From Octopus vulgaris (taxonomy: Eukaryota): a stretch of DNA of 64,000 bases. The notes beneath the pieces were generated by a model. The model saw only the letters and a program-made list of their open reading frames with translations, was not told the origin of the DNA and searched no databases. Position 1 is the first letter of the stretch. Each line of letters starts with the position of its first letter. Of this stretch, positions 1-12,596 are shown piece by piece. Location: contig OX597832.1 in NCBI GenBank assembly GCA_951406725.2, forward strand, positions 41,044,001-41,108,000, given 5' to 3'. The translations under genes and the position numbers were made by a program.

Positions 1-9
1 GGTCCTTAA

Positions 10-230
10 CCCTTTTGTTACTAACCCGGCCAAAACCGGCTCTGGCTCTGTGGTAAAATATCTTGTTTCCATAAGTTTTGAATTAAAATCTTCCACCAAA
101 CCATAGTCACAATTTATGTTCCTAACACTAGCTGAATGATAGCTAAATTGTTTTACTAAATTCTTAGTTATATTTAAAATTAATTGAAAGAAACACAGAA
201 CATCTCAAAAGAAATAGGGTAACAAAAGGG
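10..230 (+). mobile_element. piggyBac-type MITE, family 1
   Basis: TTAA on both sides (6-9, 231-234); TIR CCCTTTTGTTAC / GTAACAAAAGGG; further copies at 10416 and 58926. Confidence 0.85.
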
Positions 231-781
231 TTAAATAAGGATGATGAATGAAACACCTATGTTTCCTGAGGTGAATTATTGAAACTGGGCAAATGAAAAC
301 TTCAGTAAGATTTGAACTCAAGACAGAACTAAAAGTAAATTCCTTCCACCTCAGAATTGTACCCTCACCGAAACCTTCTCCTAATCCCTATCCATCTTTT
401 CCCTACAAACATAAAACACAAACTATCTAAGCGGTCCTTCAATGGTCATGGATACAGCTCACCCACTACTTTCTCGTTAAACAACATAACTACTGCCACT
501 AAAACACCTTACCAATTACCACTAATGAATCTGAGCAGGAAATTGATTTTGAGACTAGATTCTGTGACCAAATTTTCTTCCTGTTGCCAACCGTAACCTG
601 TTTTTCAAGTACTGTTTTTTTTTTACTCCACAGGTCTTTGAAAGTGCAGAGCTGCTGATCATAAGGTCAATTAGAAATGTCAACATCAGATCCACTATGC
701 TTCATATGCCAACAAATACAACATCAAGATTCATATGTATACATGTATATATACATGTATTAATGTCCGTATATATGTATG

Positions 782-1015
782 AAGGTGGTGAGCTGGCAGA
801 ATCGTTGGCACGCTGGGTGAAGTGCTTAGCGGTATTTCGTCTGTCGTTACATTGTGAGTTCAAATTCCGCCGAGGTTGACTTCGCCTTTCATCCTTCCGG
901 GGTCAATAAATTAAGTACCAGTTCCGCACTGGGGTTGATGTAGTCGACTTAATACCTATGTCTGTCCTTGTTTGTCCCCTCTATGTTTAGCCCCTTGTGG
1001 GTAATAAAGAAATAC
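782..1015 (+). mobile_element. SINE family B (tRNA-like head, gcctttcatcctt core)
   Basis: ggtggtgagctggcag head, B-box-like gagttcaaattcc; flanked by a ~22-bp direct repeat atgtattaatgtccgtatatat (755-776, 1018-1039); many copies in window. Confidence 0.85.
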
Positions 1016-1065
1016 GTATGTATTAATGTCCGTATATATACATACACACATGTATATATCATTCT

Positions 1066-1230
1066 TTAATGTCCATTTTCCATGCTTGCATGGGTTGGAT
1101 GGTTTGACCAGAGCTGACAAACTGAGAAGCTGCACCATGTTCCAGTTTGATTTGGTCCGGTTTCTACAGCTGGATGCCCTTCCTAACACCAACCACTTTA
1201 CAGTGTGTGTTGGGTGCTTTTAACATGCAA
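1066..1230 (-). mobile_element. SINE family D fragment, diverged
   Basis: Reverse complement of the ttaggaagggcatccagctgtagaaac...ccaacccatgc module seen at 5944, 21358, 47549. Confidence 0.65.
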
Positions 1231-2590
1231 GTGGCACGAGTACATTTTACATGGCACTGGTACAAGTGTGGCACATCCATTTTCCACACTGGCATGGGTT
1301 GGACAATTCAACAGGAGTCTGACAAACCAGAAGACTGAGCCGAACTCCAGTGTTTGCTTTGGCATGGTTGTTACAGCTGGTTGCTTTTTATGTGGCACCA
1401 GCATCAGTGAGGTCACCAAGTAACTCGTAAGACAAGACTCCCTCAAACGAGGGCAAGTGGTATTGCTATAGAAGAGATACATGGCTACTACTAATGGAAA
1501 AGAGAGAGAGACAATGGTGAAAATTGTCAGGGCATACCATCTGTTCACAGGAAGGCAAATATAAGAGAAGTGATACAGAGAATGGGACAGGTTGAGTGGG
1601 GTAGGTGAGTGACTTGATGACAGAATGGCAGGTAGAGATAAATGCAGTGAGTGGTGAACATGGGTGGCAGTGTGGTTGGCGGAGAAGGTAGAGGAAGTAG
1701 GAGTGAATCAGGAAGGTGGTAGGTGGCAGCACAAATGATGATAAATGTGAGAACGATGCATAGTACCAAGGACAAAATCTGAGGTACATAAAGTTGGAAA
1801 TTGATGAGCAAAGTATTGCTCGACCTAGGACAATAGTGAAAGACATTTGCAAAAGGTGTCGAGGAATGGGAGTGACTCTGAAACCACATGGTTGCATGGT
1901 GAGCTTCTTAACCAGACAGTCACATCTGTTTATACACATGTATAAAGCAATTTGAAGCAGGCGAAGGAGCCTCCATGTGATTTCTTGACTGCTAAAAAAA
2001 AAGCAAAAGCAGCCAAATATCCCTCACACAGCTCACTATCTTTAAGAATATCCACACTTGGCTCACTGTCTTTATAAAAAAAAAACAAACACACACTGAA
2101 TAATGTAGTTTTAGATATATCCGAAAAAAAATAAAAGGAAAATAAAAAACAGGTGACCATGGTTCCCCAATCAGAAACACCCTAGGGTTAAACAACACTG
2201 CACACATGCTACATTGTATATACACTCTGCACACAGTATATGTTATATTAAACATTCTATTATTGATATTCTCTAAAGCTATTTGCTTAATTTGACCATG
2301 ACTCCATGCATATGTTTGCACAAGACAGTATCTGTACTTAGAGTAGAATAGAACACGATATTTATGACTGAATAAATAACCTGCGCATTGTGCCAGATGT
2401 CGATACGCTTAGCTAATACCATCCACACACACACACAACAGGTTTTTATGAGTGACTTGGATTGAACAAGTGATTAACAACTGATTCAAAAGTTTTTGTC
2501 AGTTAACGGTTTTCATGACCATATTCACTATGTCTTAATTAATTTTGAAGATAATCAAGAATTTGGACGCATTCAATAAAATAGTTCGTT

Positions 2591-2816
2591 ATCGTTAGCA
2601 TGCTGGACAAAATGCGTAACAGCATTGCTTCTGATTGTACATTCTGAACCCAAATTCCACCATGGTCAACTTTGCCTTTCAGTTTTTTTTCAGGGTCAAT
2701 AACATAAGTACCAGACTTATAAAATGTACTGGAGTCAATTTGTTCGACTAAATACTTTGAGGCAGTGCCCCAGCATGGCCACAGTCCAATGACTGAAACA
2801 AGTAAAAGATAAAAGA
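2591..2816 (+). mobile_element. Chimeric SINE: family B 5' part with family A 3' tail
   Basis: gttagcatgctggacaaaatgc...ggtcaactttgcctttc (B) joined to cagcatggccacagtccaatgactgaaacaagtaaaag (A). Confidence 0.65.
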
Positions 2817-3355
2817 ATTGTTTCTGATTTAGGCAAATGGCCAACGACTAGGCGGGGTGAGGTGTAAGTCAATATCATCAGTCCAGAACTTAGGATATTT
2901 TATTTCACTGACCCCTAAAGGGTGAAAGAAAATGTTGACCTCAGTAAGACTTAAACTAAAATTGTAAAGAACCACAAAAAATGCCATGAGGAATATTTAT
3001 CCATATTCTGATGACGCCGACAATCTATTGCCCTTAATATTTGTTTTAAATTTTGGCACAAAGCTAGAAATTTTAGTGAAATGTGTTAGTTGATTCAATC
3101 AACCCCTGCACTTGACTGCAACTCTATCAATGCTGAAAGGATGAAAGATTAAGTTGACCTCATCAAAACTTGAAACCTGCATGTAAAGAGTCAGAAAAAA
3201 AATGTTGATTCTTGAGTCGCAATTGCCGTTTTGGCTACAGCTACACCCTAACCATTGGTGCAGCCCCTGATTACCTTGGTGATTCTCTTAGTGCTACTGT
3301 GATTAAGGTGTTGGCAGAAGTAGTGGTCTTCTTTCTTTCAAACAAACACCCTTAA

Positions 3356-3576
3356 CCCTTTAGCATTTAAACTGGCCATATCCGGCCAAAATATTCTCCC
3401 TTGTTTTATGCTCAAACTGGCCAGATCTGGCCTCTCACACCAGCCCTACTATATCATTCTAAAAATGAATAGTTACTTCATCGAAATCTCAAAGCTACGA
3501 GATAATGCAAGATTAATTTAAAACAATGCGAATAAATAAGCATTACTTTTGACAGAATAATGTGAATACTAAAGGG
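3356..3576 (+). mobile_element. piggyBac-type MITE, family 2
   Basis: TTAA|CCCTTTAGCATT...AATACTAAAGGG|TTAA; related copies at 20329-20526 and partial near 12090. Confidence 0.8.
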
Positions 3577-4818
3577 TTAAGGTGATTTGAGTTACTGCAC
3601 AAGTGACATATGGGCTTTCTGCCCTCAATGACCACATATAGTTGTGAGCTGTCTGGTTTATTGATTAGGTCCAAGATCTGAGTGTCTATTTGTATTAGCA
3701 TTTCCATGCTTTGACCCGATCAATTCTGTTCCTGCAGTCTCTCTATCTGCAAAACATTGGTCTTCTCTTCTACGTCAAAACGAAGTGCTACTACTAACCA
3801 GCAGACTTTTTATTTCTGAGAGAACACGTGAGCATCTCCCTCTGATCCAGAGCAGGAGTAGTGGTGGAGCATCATAGCCATGTGTTAAGAAGAATTCTTT
3901 GGGGTTTCAATAATTCACCTCGGGAAACATGGGTGTTCATTCATCATCCTTAAACCTTATTTAAGGACCTTTCAAGCAGAATGGGTGACTCGACCTGAAA
4001 AATTTTTTAACTGGGCTGTTTATCTTGAAATGAGATCACCATGTCGCACACGTATGGTTATGATGCAGGTGCCTGGTGTACCCTTATCAGACAGGTGGTC
4101 ATGATGGGTGTATTGGGCTTTGTATATTTGTACCCCAGAGTCACTTTGATGGCATGAATTGCTCTCTCACTCAATAATACTAATTTCTACTATGCACACA
4201 AGGCCTGAAATTTGGGAGGAGGGGGATAGTCAACTACATCAACCCTTGTGATTAACTGGTACTTATTTCTTCAATCCCTAAAGGATGAAAGGCAAAGTCG
4301 ACCTCAGCTGAATTTGAGCTCAGAATAAAAAAAGCAGTTCATCTCATGTGCTAACAAGTCAGCCAGCTCACCACCATAACAAAAAAGAAAAGAATAACAA
4401 AAGAAATAAAAAAAATTTGAAGATTATTAATATAATTTTGAGGATATTTTCAAAACCTTACATTTCCCAAAATATTTTTTTCTGATTCAAACCAGGTTTT
4501 GAATTTATATCTTGCTTTTATTTCATATTTATATTGATTGGCTTTTTTAAATCATTTTTGAGTCAAGCACGCCTGATTGCTTTGATGAATGAATCACACA
4601 AACACACACACACACACACAGAACAATAACATCAATCCAATAACTGGAAAGGTGTAGGGTGTATCACACATACACACACACACACAGAATAGTATTAGAG
4701 GGGATTCTACCACAGTCTCTGCATACACACACACACAGTCAAAGAGAATGAAGTGAAGGTGAATAAGGGGTGAAGTCAGCAAGAAGATAGTGTGGTGTGG
4801 GGTCACATCCTGGTATTT

Positions 4819-4857
<39 letters not shown>

Positions 4858-5943
4858 TACACATACCTTCAAAATTCAATCAAACACATACATACAGACT
4901 ATTACATACACATCCCATATATTCACAAAATTACATTAAATCACACACATCTCTCTCTCTCACACACACACACAATGTACCTCTCACATTTATGCACATC
5001 ACATTCCATCACATAACACATCACCAAATTCCATCTCATACACACCCATATATGCATCACTAAATATTTGCTGAGCCAACAAAAAGCCTCTGTATGCTCA
5101 ATCGACCTCCAAGAAACAACAGCCAAGTTACCTCAGATTACACTCAACCACTTCAAAAAAAAAAAAAAAAAGAAGACCAATGTAATCAATTCTAATTATA
5201 TGACAACATGGGTTGGTCACAACTGGAAAGCTTTTGATTCATAGCTCTGCTTAATCAGGGCTGTTCTGGATCTAATAAAAAAAAACCCTAGACATTTATC
5301 ATTTGACTCAGTAATATAACAAGGAACTGTAGTTTAGATCCCAATCACCCTAACTTCTGTGAGATGAGTAGAGTGGGGTCTTTTGTTAGAACAACAACTG
5401 TCTTTCTCCGGAAGCACTCAACCATAAAAGTGATAGCACCTGATTTTTATTTATTCAGTCAAACCAATAAAATGCAACTAACCAAATAAACTAACAATAA
5501 CTCATTTCTTCAAAGAGCAAATTGTCCCTCCCTGTGGCACACAAACTTGTCTGGTTTTTACAAAGAGTATTTTCCTATTTTCTTTTTATTATTGACACAC
5601 ACAATACCATCACGAACATCATAGACGCATTTCCACATACATCACAAACACACATCATACATAATATCCCAAGCACGTGACATACGCACACCTCAAACAC
5701 ATTGATAAACACAGACAGACTATCACTGATTTCCACAGAATCTAGTTGTTTTCTCTGTTAACAACATAATGGTTGCAGTCAGATTTGAACTCATGACCAT
5801 GTGCTTAATTGTCCAGCCCATATGGCCACTACACCATTCTTACATTGTTATTTGAAGTTTCTTAATATTAAAACATCTTGACAAACTGTTCATACACTTG
5901 TTCTTTATTTTGATCTACCAAGATAGTATTTGAACATAGAATT

Positions 5944-6245
5944 CCGTGCCGGTGGCACATAAAAAGCACCATCCGATCGTGGTCGTTGCCAGCCTTGCCT
6001 GCCCCCCCCCCATGCCGGTGGCACACAAAAAGCACCATTCGACCGTGGCCGTTTGCCAGCCTCGTCTGGCACGTAAAAAGCACCCACTACACTCACGGAG
6101 TGGTTGGCGTTAGGAAGGGCATCCAGCTGTAGAAACATTGCCAGATCAGACTGGGCCTGGTGCAGCCTTCTGGCTTCCCAGACCCCAGTTGAACCGTCCA
6201 ACCCATGCCAGCATGGAAAGCGGACGCTGAATGATGATGATGAAT
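5944..6245 (+). mobile_element. SINE family D ((GAT)n-tailed, RTE-type end)
   Basis: Repeated gtgccggtggcac..aaaagcacc modules, then ggttggcgttaggaagggcatccagctgtagaaac...gcatggaaagcggacg and a (GAT)n tail. Confidence 0.8.
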
Positions 6246-6987
6246 CAAGGGGAATAAAACTGAATAGAAATACGGTAACGAAGGGGTTAAAGATAAGATT
6301 TATAACGGTCTGAATAATTATAATCAAATTGGTTTCAAATTTTGGCACAAGGCTAACAATTTCAGAGGAGAAAGTAAGTCAATTACATCAACCCTAGTGA
6401 TCAGCTGGTATTATTTTATGCAAACTAAAAGGATGAAAGGCAAAGTCCACCTTGGTGGAATAATAATTATAATCATTAACAACAACTACTACTACTACTA
6501 ATACTACTCTCAGACATTTAAAATATAAACAATGAAAACGTTTTCTGCTGCTAAAGATAACATGTTAACAAAACTGGACATCCTATCAGAGTGGTCAGAT
6601 TTAGCCAGTTACAATGCTCAAATTCTGAATGCTCTTAATGCCAACCCACCCAAGACTATATCTGGTTCTATGATACAAGTTTTGTGTTCTTTCGTGTCCA
6701 GAATTAAAACTTTCTATCAATTCTATATTAATTTCTGTTCCAAACACCAGTTTAATAATCCTTTCTGCTATATGCACAAAACCTGACATTTTGGCAGAGG
6801 GGTTAAGTCCAACTGCTTCACTAGTATTTATTTTATAAACTTCTAAAGGACGACAAGGAAAATTGACATCAACAGCATTTGAACTCCATAAAGGGCCAAA
6901 AGAAATGCTACCAAGAATTTTGTCCAACATCTTCTGCAAGCTCACTGCCTTACACCAGCTCAATAATGGTAAAGATATTTTACTAAT

Positions 6988-7374
6988 TACTCTCTCTTTT
7001 ACTTGTTTCAGTCATGTGACTGTGGCCATGTTGGAGCACCGCCTTTAGTCGAGCAAATCGACCCCAGGACTTATTCTTCGTAAGCCTAGTACTTATTCTA
7101 TCGGTCTCTTTTGCTGAACCGCTTAGTTACGGGGACGTAAACACACCAGCATTGGTTGTCGAGCAATGTTGGGGGGACAAACACAGACACACACACATAT
7201 ATATATACATATATACGACAGGCTTCTTTTCAGTTTCCGTCTACTAAATCCACTGACAAGGCTTTGGTTGGCCCAAGGCTAAAGTAGAAGACACTTGCCC
7301 AAGGTGCCACGCAGTGGGACTGAACCCAGAACCATGTGGTTCGTAAGCAAGCTACCTACCACACAGCCACTTCT
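6988..7374 (-). mobile_element. SINE family A, near full length
   Basis: Reverse complement of the 7486-7865 copy; tRNA-like A/B boxes, internal (TA/TG)n, AAAAGAG tail. Confidence 0.88.
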
Positions 7375-7485
7375 ACTACAATATTGTTCATTATTTTCAA
7401 AATTAATTGAAACAAAGTCAGGATACCTCAACAGAAACAGAGTAACAAATGGGTTTAAAATGTCTCATAAATAAACAGAATTTAT

Positions 7486-7865
7486 AGACGCAGGAGTGGC
7501 TGTGTGGTAAGTAGCTTGCTAACCAACAAAATGGTTCCGGGTTCAGTCCCACTGCGTGGCATCTTGGGCAAGTGTCTTCTGCTATAGCCCCGGGTCGACC
7601 AATGCCTTGTGAGTGGATTTGGTAGACAGAAACTGAAAGAAGCCTGTCGTATATGTGTGTGTGTGTGTTTGTCCCCCTAGCATTGCTTGACAACCGATGC
7701 TGGTGTGTTTACGTCCCTGTCACTTAGCGGTTCGGCAAAAGACACCGATAGAATAAGTATTGGGCTTACAAAAGAATAAGTCCCGGGGTCGATTTGCTCG
7801 ACTAAAGGCGTTGCTCCAGCATGGCTGCATTCAAATGACTGAAACAAGTAAAAGAGAGAGAGAGA
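7486..7865 (+). mobile_element. SINE family A, full length
   Basis: Head gcaggagtggctgtgtggtaag (A box) ... gggttcagtccc (B box), cttgggcaagtgtcttct core-like block, 3' cagcatggc..gactgaaacaagtaaaagag. Confidence 0.88.
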
Positions 7866-9939
7866 CCGCTGCCACCACCACCACTACCGGCGGTACTGAC
7901 AATCTTCAGTTCATCTGAAGAGGAAGTTTTCTCATTCCTCACCGTTCTAAAGCTATTCCAGTAATCTGTCGTTATCAGAGCTTCGGGGCAGTCTGTGATT
8001 TGTTTATATGGGAAACTATTTCTGAGGGAATCTTGTGTTGTAGGTTGGAAGACAACCAATGGGTCTAATTAATGATCAAGACAAGGAGGGGGAGGGGTTA
8101 GTGTAAATAAACAAACAAGAAAACATCAAAACAAACCAAAAAAAAAAAACAAAACCCTTCATGGAATGCTGTAATATGCTCTCCTCTCTCGCTCAGACAT
8201 TTTTACACACGGATACACACGTGTAATGAACTATTACCAAAATATCTTCATCTTATCAAATCCATCAATCGATATCAGCTTTCCATTCCTTAACATCTTA
8301 AGGATATGTTGTTTCTTCTCTCTTTCTCATATATATATATACACACACACATATACACACACATATATATACTCACATATATATATACACACACACACAC
8401 ATGTGCATATACACACGCACACACACACATATATATACTCACATACACACACACGCACATATATATATATATACACACAGACATATATATATATATATAT
8501 ACCTGAATGATGTACCTACTATGGATGCTGTCCAAAAACTAAAAGCTAGCAAAAGAATATATCACACATAAACACATATATAATATCTATTTGTATCAGT
8601 GTGTATATATACACACACACACACACACATGATTAATAACTAAAGAATATGAAAACTAAAAGAACACATCACACACATAAACATATATATCTATTTGTAT
8701 GTGTGTATGTACACACACACACACAATTTATGCATAGAATTTTTCCCAAAATGTTTAAAGAGATAAAAATTGCCTCTATTAAGATTTTAGATAAGAACAT
8801 TATCAACAGGAATTAATCAGAAAAAAATGTTTATTCTTAATTATTTGATAATTTATCAAGAAAATATTTTTAGAGGAAGAAAAGAAAAGAAAAACATTAA
8901 AAATATAAAAGATCAAATTATTGAGAAAAAACCCTAACAACCTCACCAGGGAAACAAAGAAAAAAAAAAAACCCAGGGAAGATTAAGCAGCAGAAGATGG
9001 TGTGGGGCAGTAATGGTTTGTACACCCCAGAACAAATAGCGTGTTTAGCCACAGGGAATGGGCAGTGACCCTTGCTGCAACAGCCACCCCGTTTCTCAGA
9101 CGGGCAGCAGAGATCCTGATTTTGTGGAGAAAATCACCAGTGTGGGGTCGAAGAACATCTGAGGTCTTGATAGCAATTGGCAAAAACTGATAGCTTTGGT
9201 AAGGAACTAATACTTTCATCATGTAAGGGGACAGGAAGCCTACATTTATATGATTAACCCTTTTTATGCCAAACATTTGTGACCAACCCTGGCTCTATGA
9301 TACATCCAAACACCAGATTACTAATAGTTTCAAATTTTGGCACAAGGCCAGCAAGTTCGGGGAAGGGGGTAAGTTAATTCCATTGACCCCAGTACTCAAC
9401 TGGTACTTATTTTATAGACCCCAAATGAATGAGGGAGCACATCTTAAACATGTCTCCAAAATGTGGTCCCGGCTACCTGTCTTTATTATTGTTTATTTAT
9501 TATTATTATGGTTGATGTTGTTGTTTAACCAAGGTCAGTACTGATTAAAAAGACTCATGATCAAACATTCCAACCATGACCATCCATCCTAGCTAATTTT
9601 CATGCAATTGACTTTTAAAATGATGAACTACCTTATACAAAGTGTCTTTTAAGATGGTAATATACAATTTAAAAGAAATTTCGACTGCTATTTCTAGCAA
9701 GCCAACCCAACACATAGAGGCTTGCCTATTTTCATTTTATTTAAAATTATTTTTTGCTAATTTACATATCTTTCTGAAAGACACTTTATGTCAGATGACC
9801 GGATGTTTCAATCAAGTGACCTGATTGAAACCAATGAAGAACACTTCATGGTTACTCAAAATACTAAAAACAGCAACTAAATTCCTTCAAATTATATCAG
9901 TTCATCTTTTAAAAAGAAAATATTACAGTTCTACATATA

Positions 9940-10173
9940 CCTATTTCTTTACTACCCACAAGGGGCTAAACACAGAGGGGACAAACAAGGACAGACAAAG
10001 GGATTAAGTCGATTACATTGAACCCAGTGCGTAACTGGTACTTAATTTATCGATACCGAAAGGATGAAAGGCAAAGTCGACCTCGGCGGAATTTGAACTC
10101 AGAACGTAACGGCAGACAAAATACAGCTACGCATTTCACCTGATGCGTTAACATTTCAGCCAGTGTGCCACCT
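9940..10173 (-). mobile_element. SINE family B
   Basis: Reverse complement match to 782-1015 and 50587-50817 over the full length. Confidence 0.85.
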
Positions 10174-10415
10174 ATCCTGCATATACCACCCGCTCACCTT
10201 ATCCAATCCTTAATCCCACTTATATACCCCACCTTGTAATTTGAGTGTACCCCGCTCCATCACTTCTTCATCATCTTCCTTCTCCCCCCACCTCTTTTCC
10301 TCCTACTCAGGTAGCCATGTATCTTCTTTACTGCAAGGCATCTATTTCTGTCCCTCCACTCACACTTCTCTCCTCTGGCACAAAGCCACCTTCCTATATA
10401 TTACTCCCTCTTTAA

Positions 10416-10622
10416 CCCTTTTGTTACCAACCCGGCCAAAACCGGCTCTGGTTCTGTAATACAAATGTCTTGTTTTCATTAAAATCTTCCACCAAGCCTT
10501 AGTCACAATTCACGTTCCTAACACCAGCTTAATAACAAAGTTGTTTTACTAAATTCTTTGTTATATTTAAAATTAATTGAAAGAAACACAGAGCATCTCG
10601 ACAGAATATGGTAACAAATGGG
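10416..10622 (+). mobile_element. piggyBac-type MITE, family 1
   Basis: TTAA flanks (10412-15, 10623-26); colinear with 10-230. Confidence 0.85.
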
Positions 10623-12327
10623 TTAAGCTGAGAGGTCCTGTCTTGTAAATTATTTGGTGGCCTCACTGCTGCTAGCTTCACATAAAAAACACCCAGTCCA
10701 CACTGGTTGGTGTTAGAAAAAGCATCCAGTCTTAAAAACCTTGCCAAAGCAGGCAGTAGTGCTTGGTGCAGTCTTCTGACTTGCCAGTTCCTGTCAAACC
10801 ATCCAGCATGGAAAACAGACATTAAATGATGATGATGATATACAACAAACAAAGGGTGATCAAGACTGAAATGTCCCTGATCATAGGACTACTCAGTCAG
10901 GGCTGACGACTTGGAGCTGAACAACACTAGAGAGTATGGAAACAATAACTGGAGCTAGCTGAAAAGGTCCTGTTGATTGGCAAGGAAATGGTTAGATGCT
11001 GGCTAGATATTTTACCACCACCAGTACTGTTTTGTGCCATATGGCCATTCACACACACTAGCACATGGATATTTTACTCTCATAAATACACACACACTCA
11101 CACTCAGACACACACAAATATTTCAGAGTCAAAACAAAAACAATAAACCAGTTCAAATTTATGAAAATGTAAAACATATGAATATCTCTTATGTTACAGA
11201 AGTGTTATGTTACAAAAAAAGGAAATCTAGACATAATGTGGAATACTGTAACACAAAACCAATGAAAAACTAGGTTCCATCTGATAGCAAGGTTGTCAAG
11301 GAAGCAATACTTTCATTATGTAAGGGGGTGGGGGTGCCTGCATTTATATGATTAACCCTTCTGATGCCAAACTTTTGAGACCAACACCAGATTACTAATG
11401 GTTTCAAATTTTGGCAAAGGGCCAGCAAGTTCAGGGAAGGGGGTAAATTAATTCCATTGGTTCCAGTACTCAACTGGTACTTATTTTATCAACCCCAAAT
11501 GGTGGAATTTGAACTCGGAATGTTAAGACTGATAAAATACCATTAAGCATTTTGCCTGGCATACTAATGATTCTGCCAGCCTTAAAAACCAGATTGATAA
11601 TGAGTGACAAAATTAAGTTACTAAATTCTTCAATATTTTTTTTTAATTATTTGAAGCAAAAGAGTTAAAATATACTTTATGTATACTTACAATATATTTT
11701 GTCTTGCTATAGAATACTGGAGTTATCACTCACTCCTAGAGTTTTGCCAAGCCATAACAAAACAGTTTCAAAGTAGTTGGCCATCATCGAGTTTTGTGTG
11801 ACCTGTCATAAAATATAATACATTGTGAATTAGATAAGTGAATGCAATTAATTATGCAAAACACCAAGCAGCAAAGAAACTAATTAGTTCAGTATAGGAA
11901 AGTATCTGAGGATTTTTTCTTTCCTTTTTGCCAGTCAGTGACATGACTTTTCAAAACAGAGTAGGGACTCCAATATTTTCCCTCAGCAGTAAAGGCACAT
12001 GGCCACGTGGCTGGAGTGTTGAACTCACAATTATTAAATAAATACTTCACTTTGTGAACCAGGTGCATACCAAAGAATTTACCACTTAACCTTTTAGCAT
12101 TTAGACCGGCCGTATTTGATCAAAATATTCCACATGCTTTATGTTCAAACTAGCCAGATTTAAGCCTCTCACACCAACGTTAGAATATCATTCTAAAAAT
12201 TAACAGTAACCTCATCAAAATCTCAAAACTACAAGATAAAGCAGATTACAGATGAAAACAAAAAAAGGCATTAGAGGGTGATGCGTACCCTGCACACAGA
12301 TGAATTTTTTTGCAAATTATGGTGTGG

Positions 12328-12562
12328 TTTAATGTCTGTTTTCCATGCTAGCATGGGTTGGACAGTTCAACCGGGGTCTGGGAAGCCAGGAGGCTGCACC
12401 AGGCTCCAGTCTGATCTGGCAGTGTTTCTACAGCTGGATGCCCTTCTTAACGCCAACCACTCCGTGAGTGTAGTGGGTGCTTTTTACGTGCCACTGACAC
12501 AGGTGCCAGGGGAGGCTGGCAATGACCACGATCGGTTGGTGCTTTTTACGTGTCACCGACAC

Positions 12563-12563
<1 letters not shown>
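12328..12563 (-). mobile_element. SINE family D
   Basis: Reverse complement match to the 21358-21647 copy. Confidence 0.8.

Positions 12564-12596
<33 letters not shown>

Noticed and set aside
3770-4185. Possible 3' end of another non-LTR element with short (AAT) tail
   Set aside because: Single copy in window and no protein motif recovered; cannot be supported from sequence alone.
8983-9276. GC-richer minus ORF (97 aa)
   Set aside because: No recognisable homology, weak splice signals, and its 5' part lies in the local duplication.
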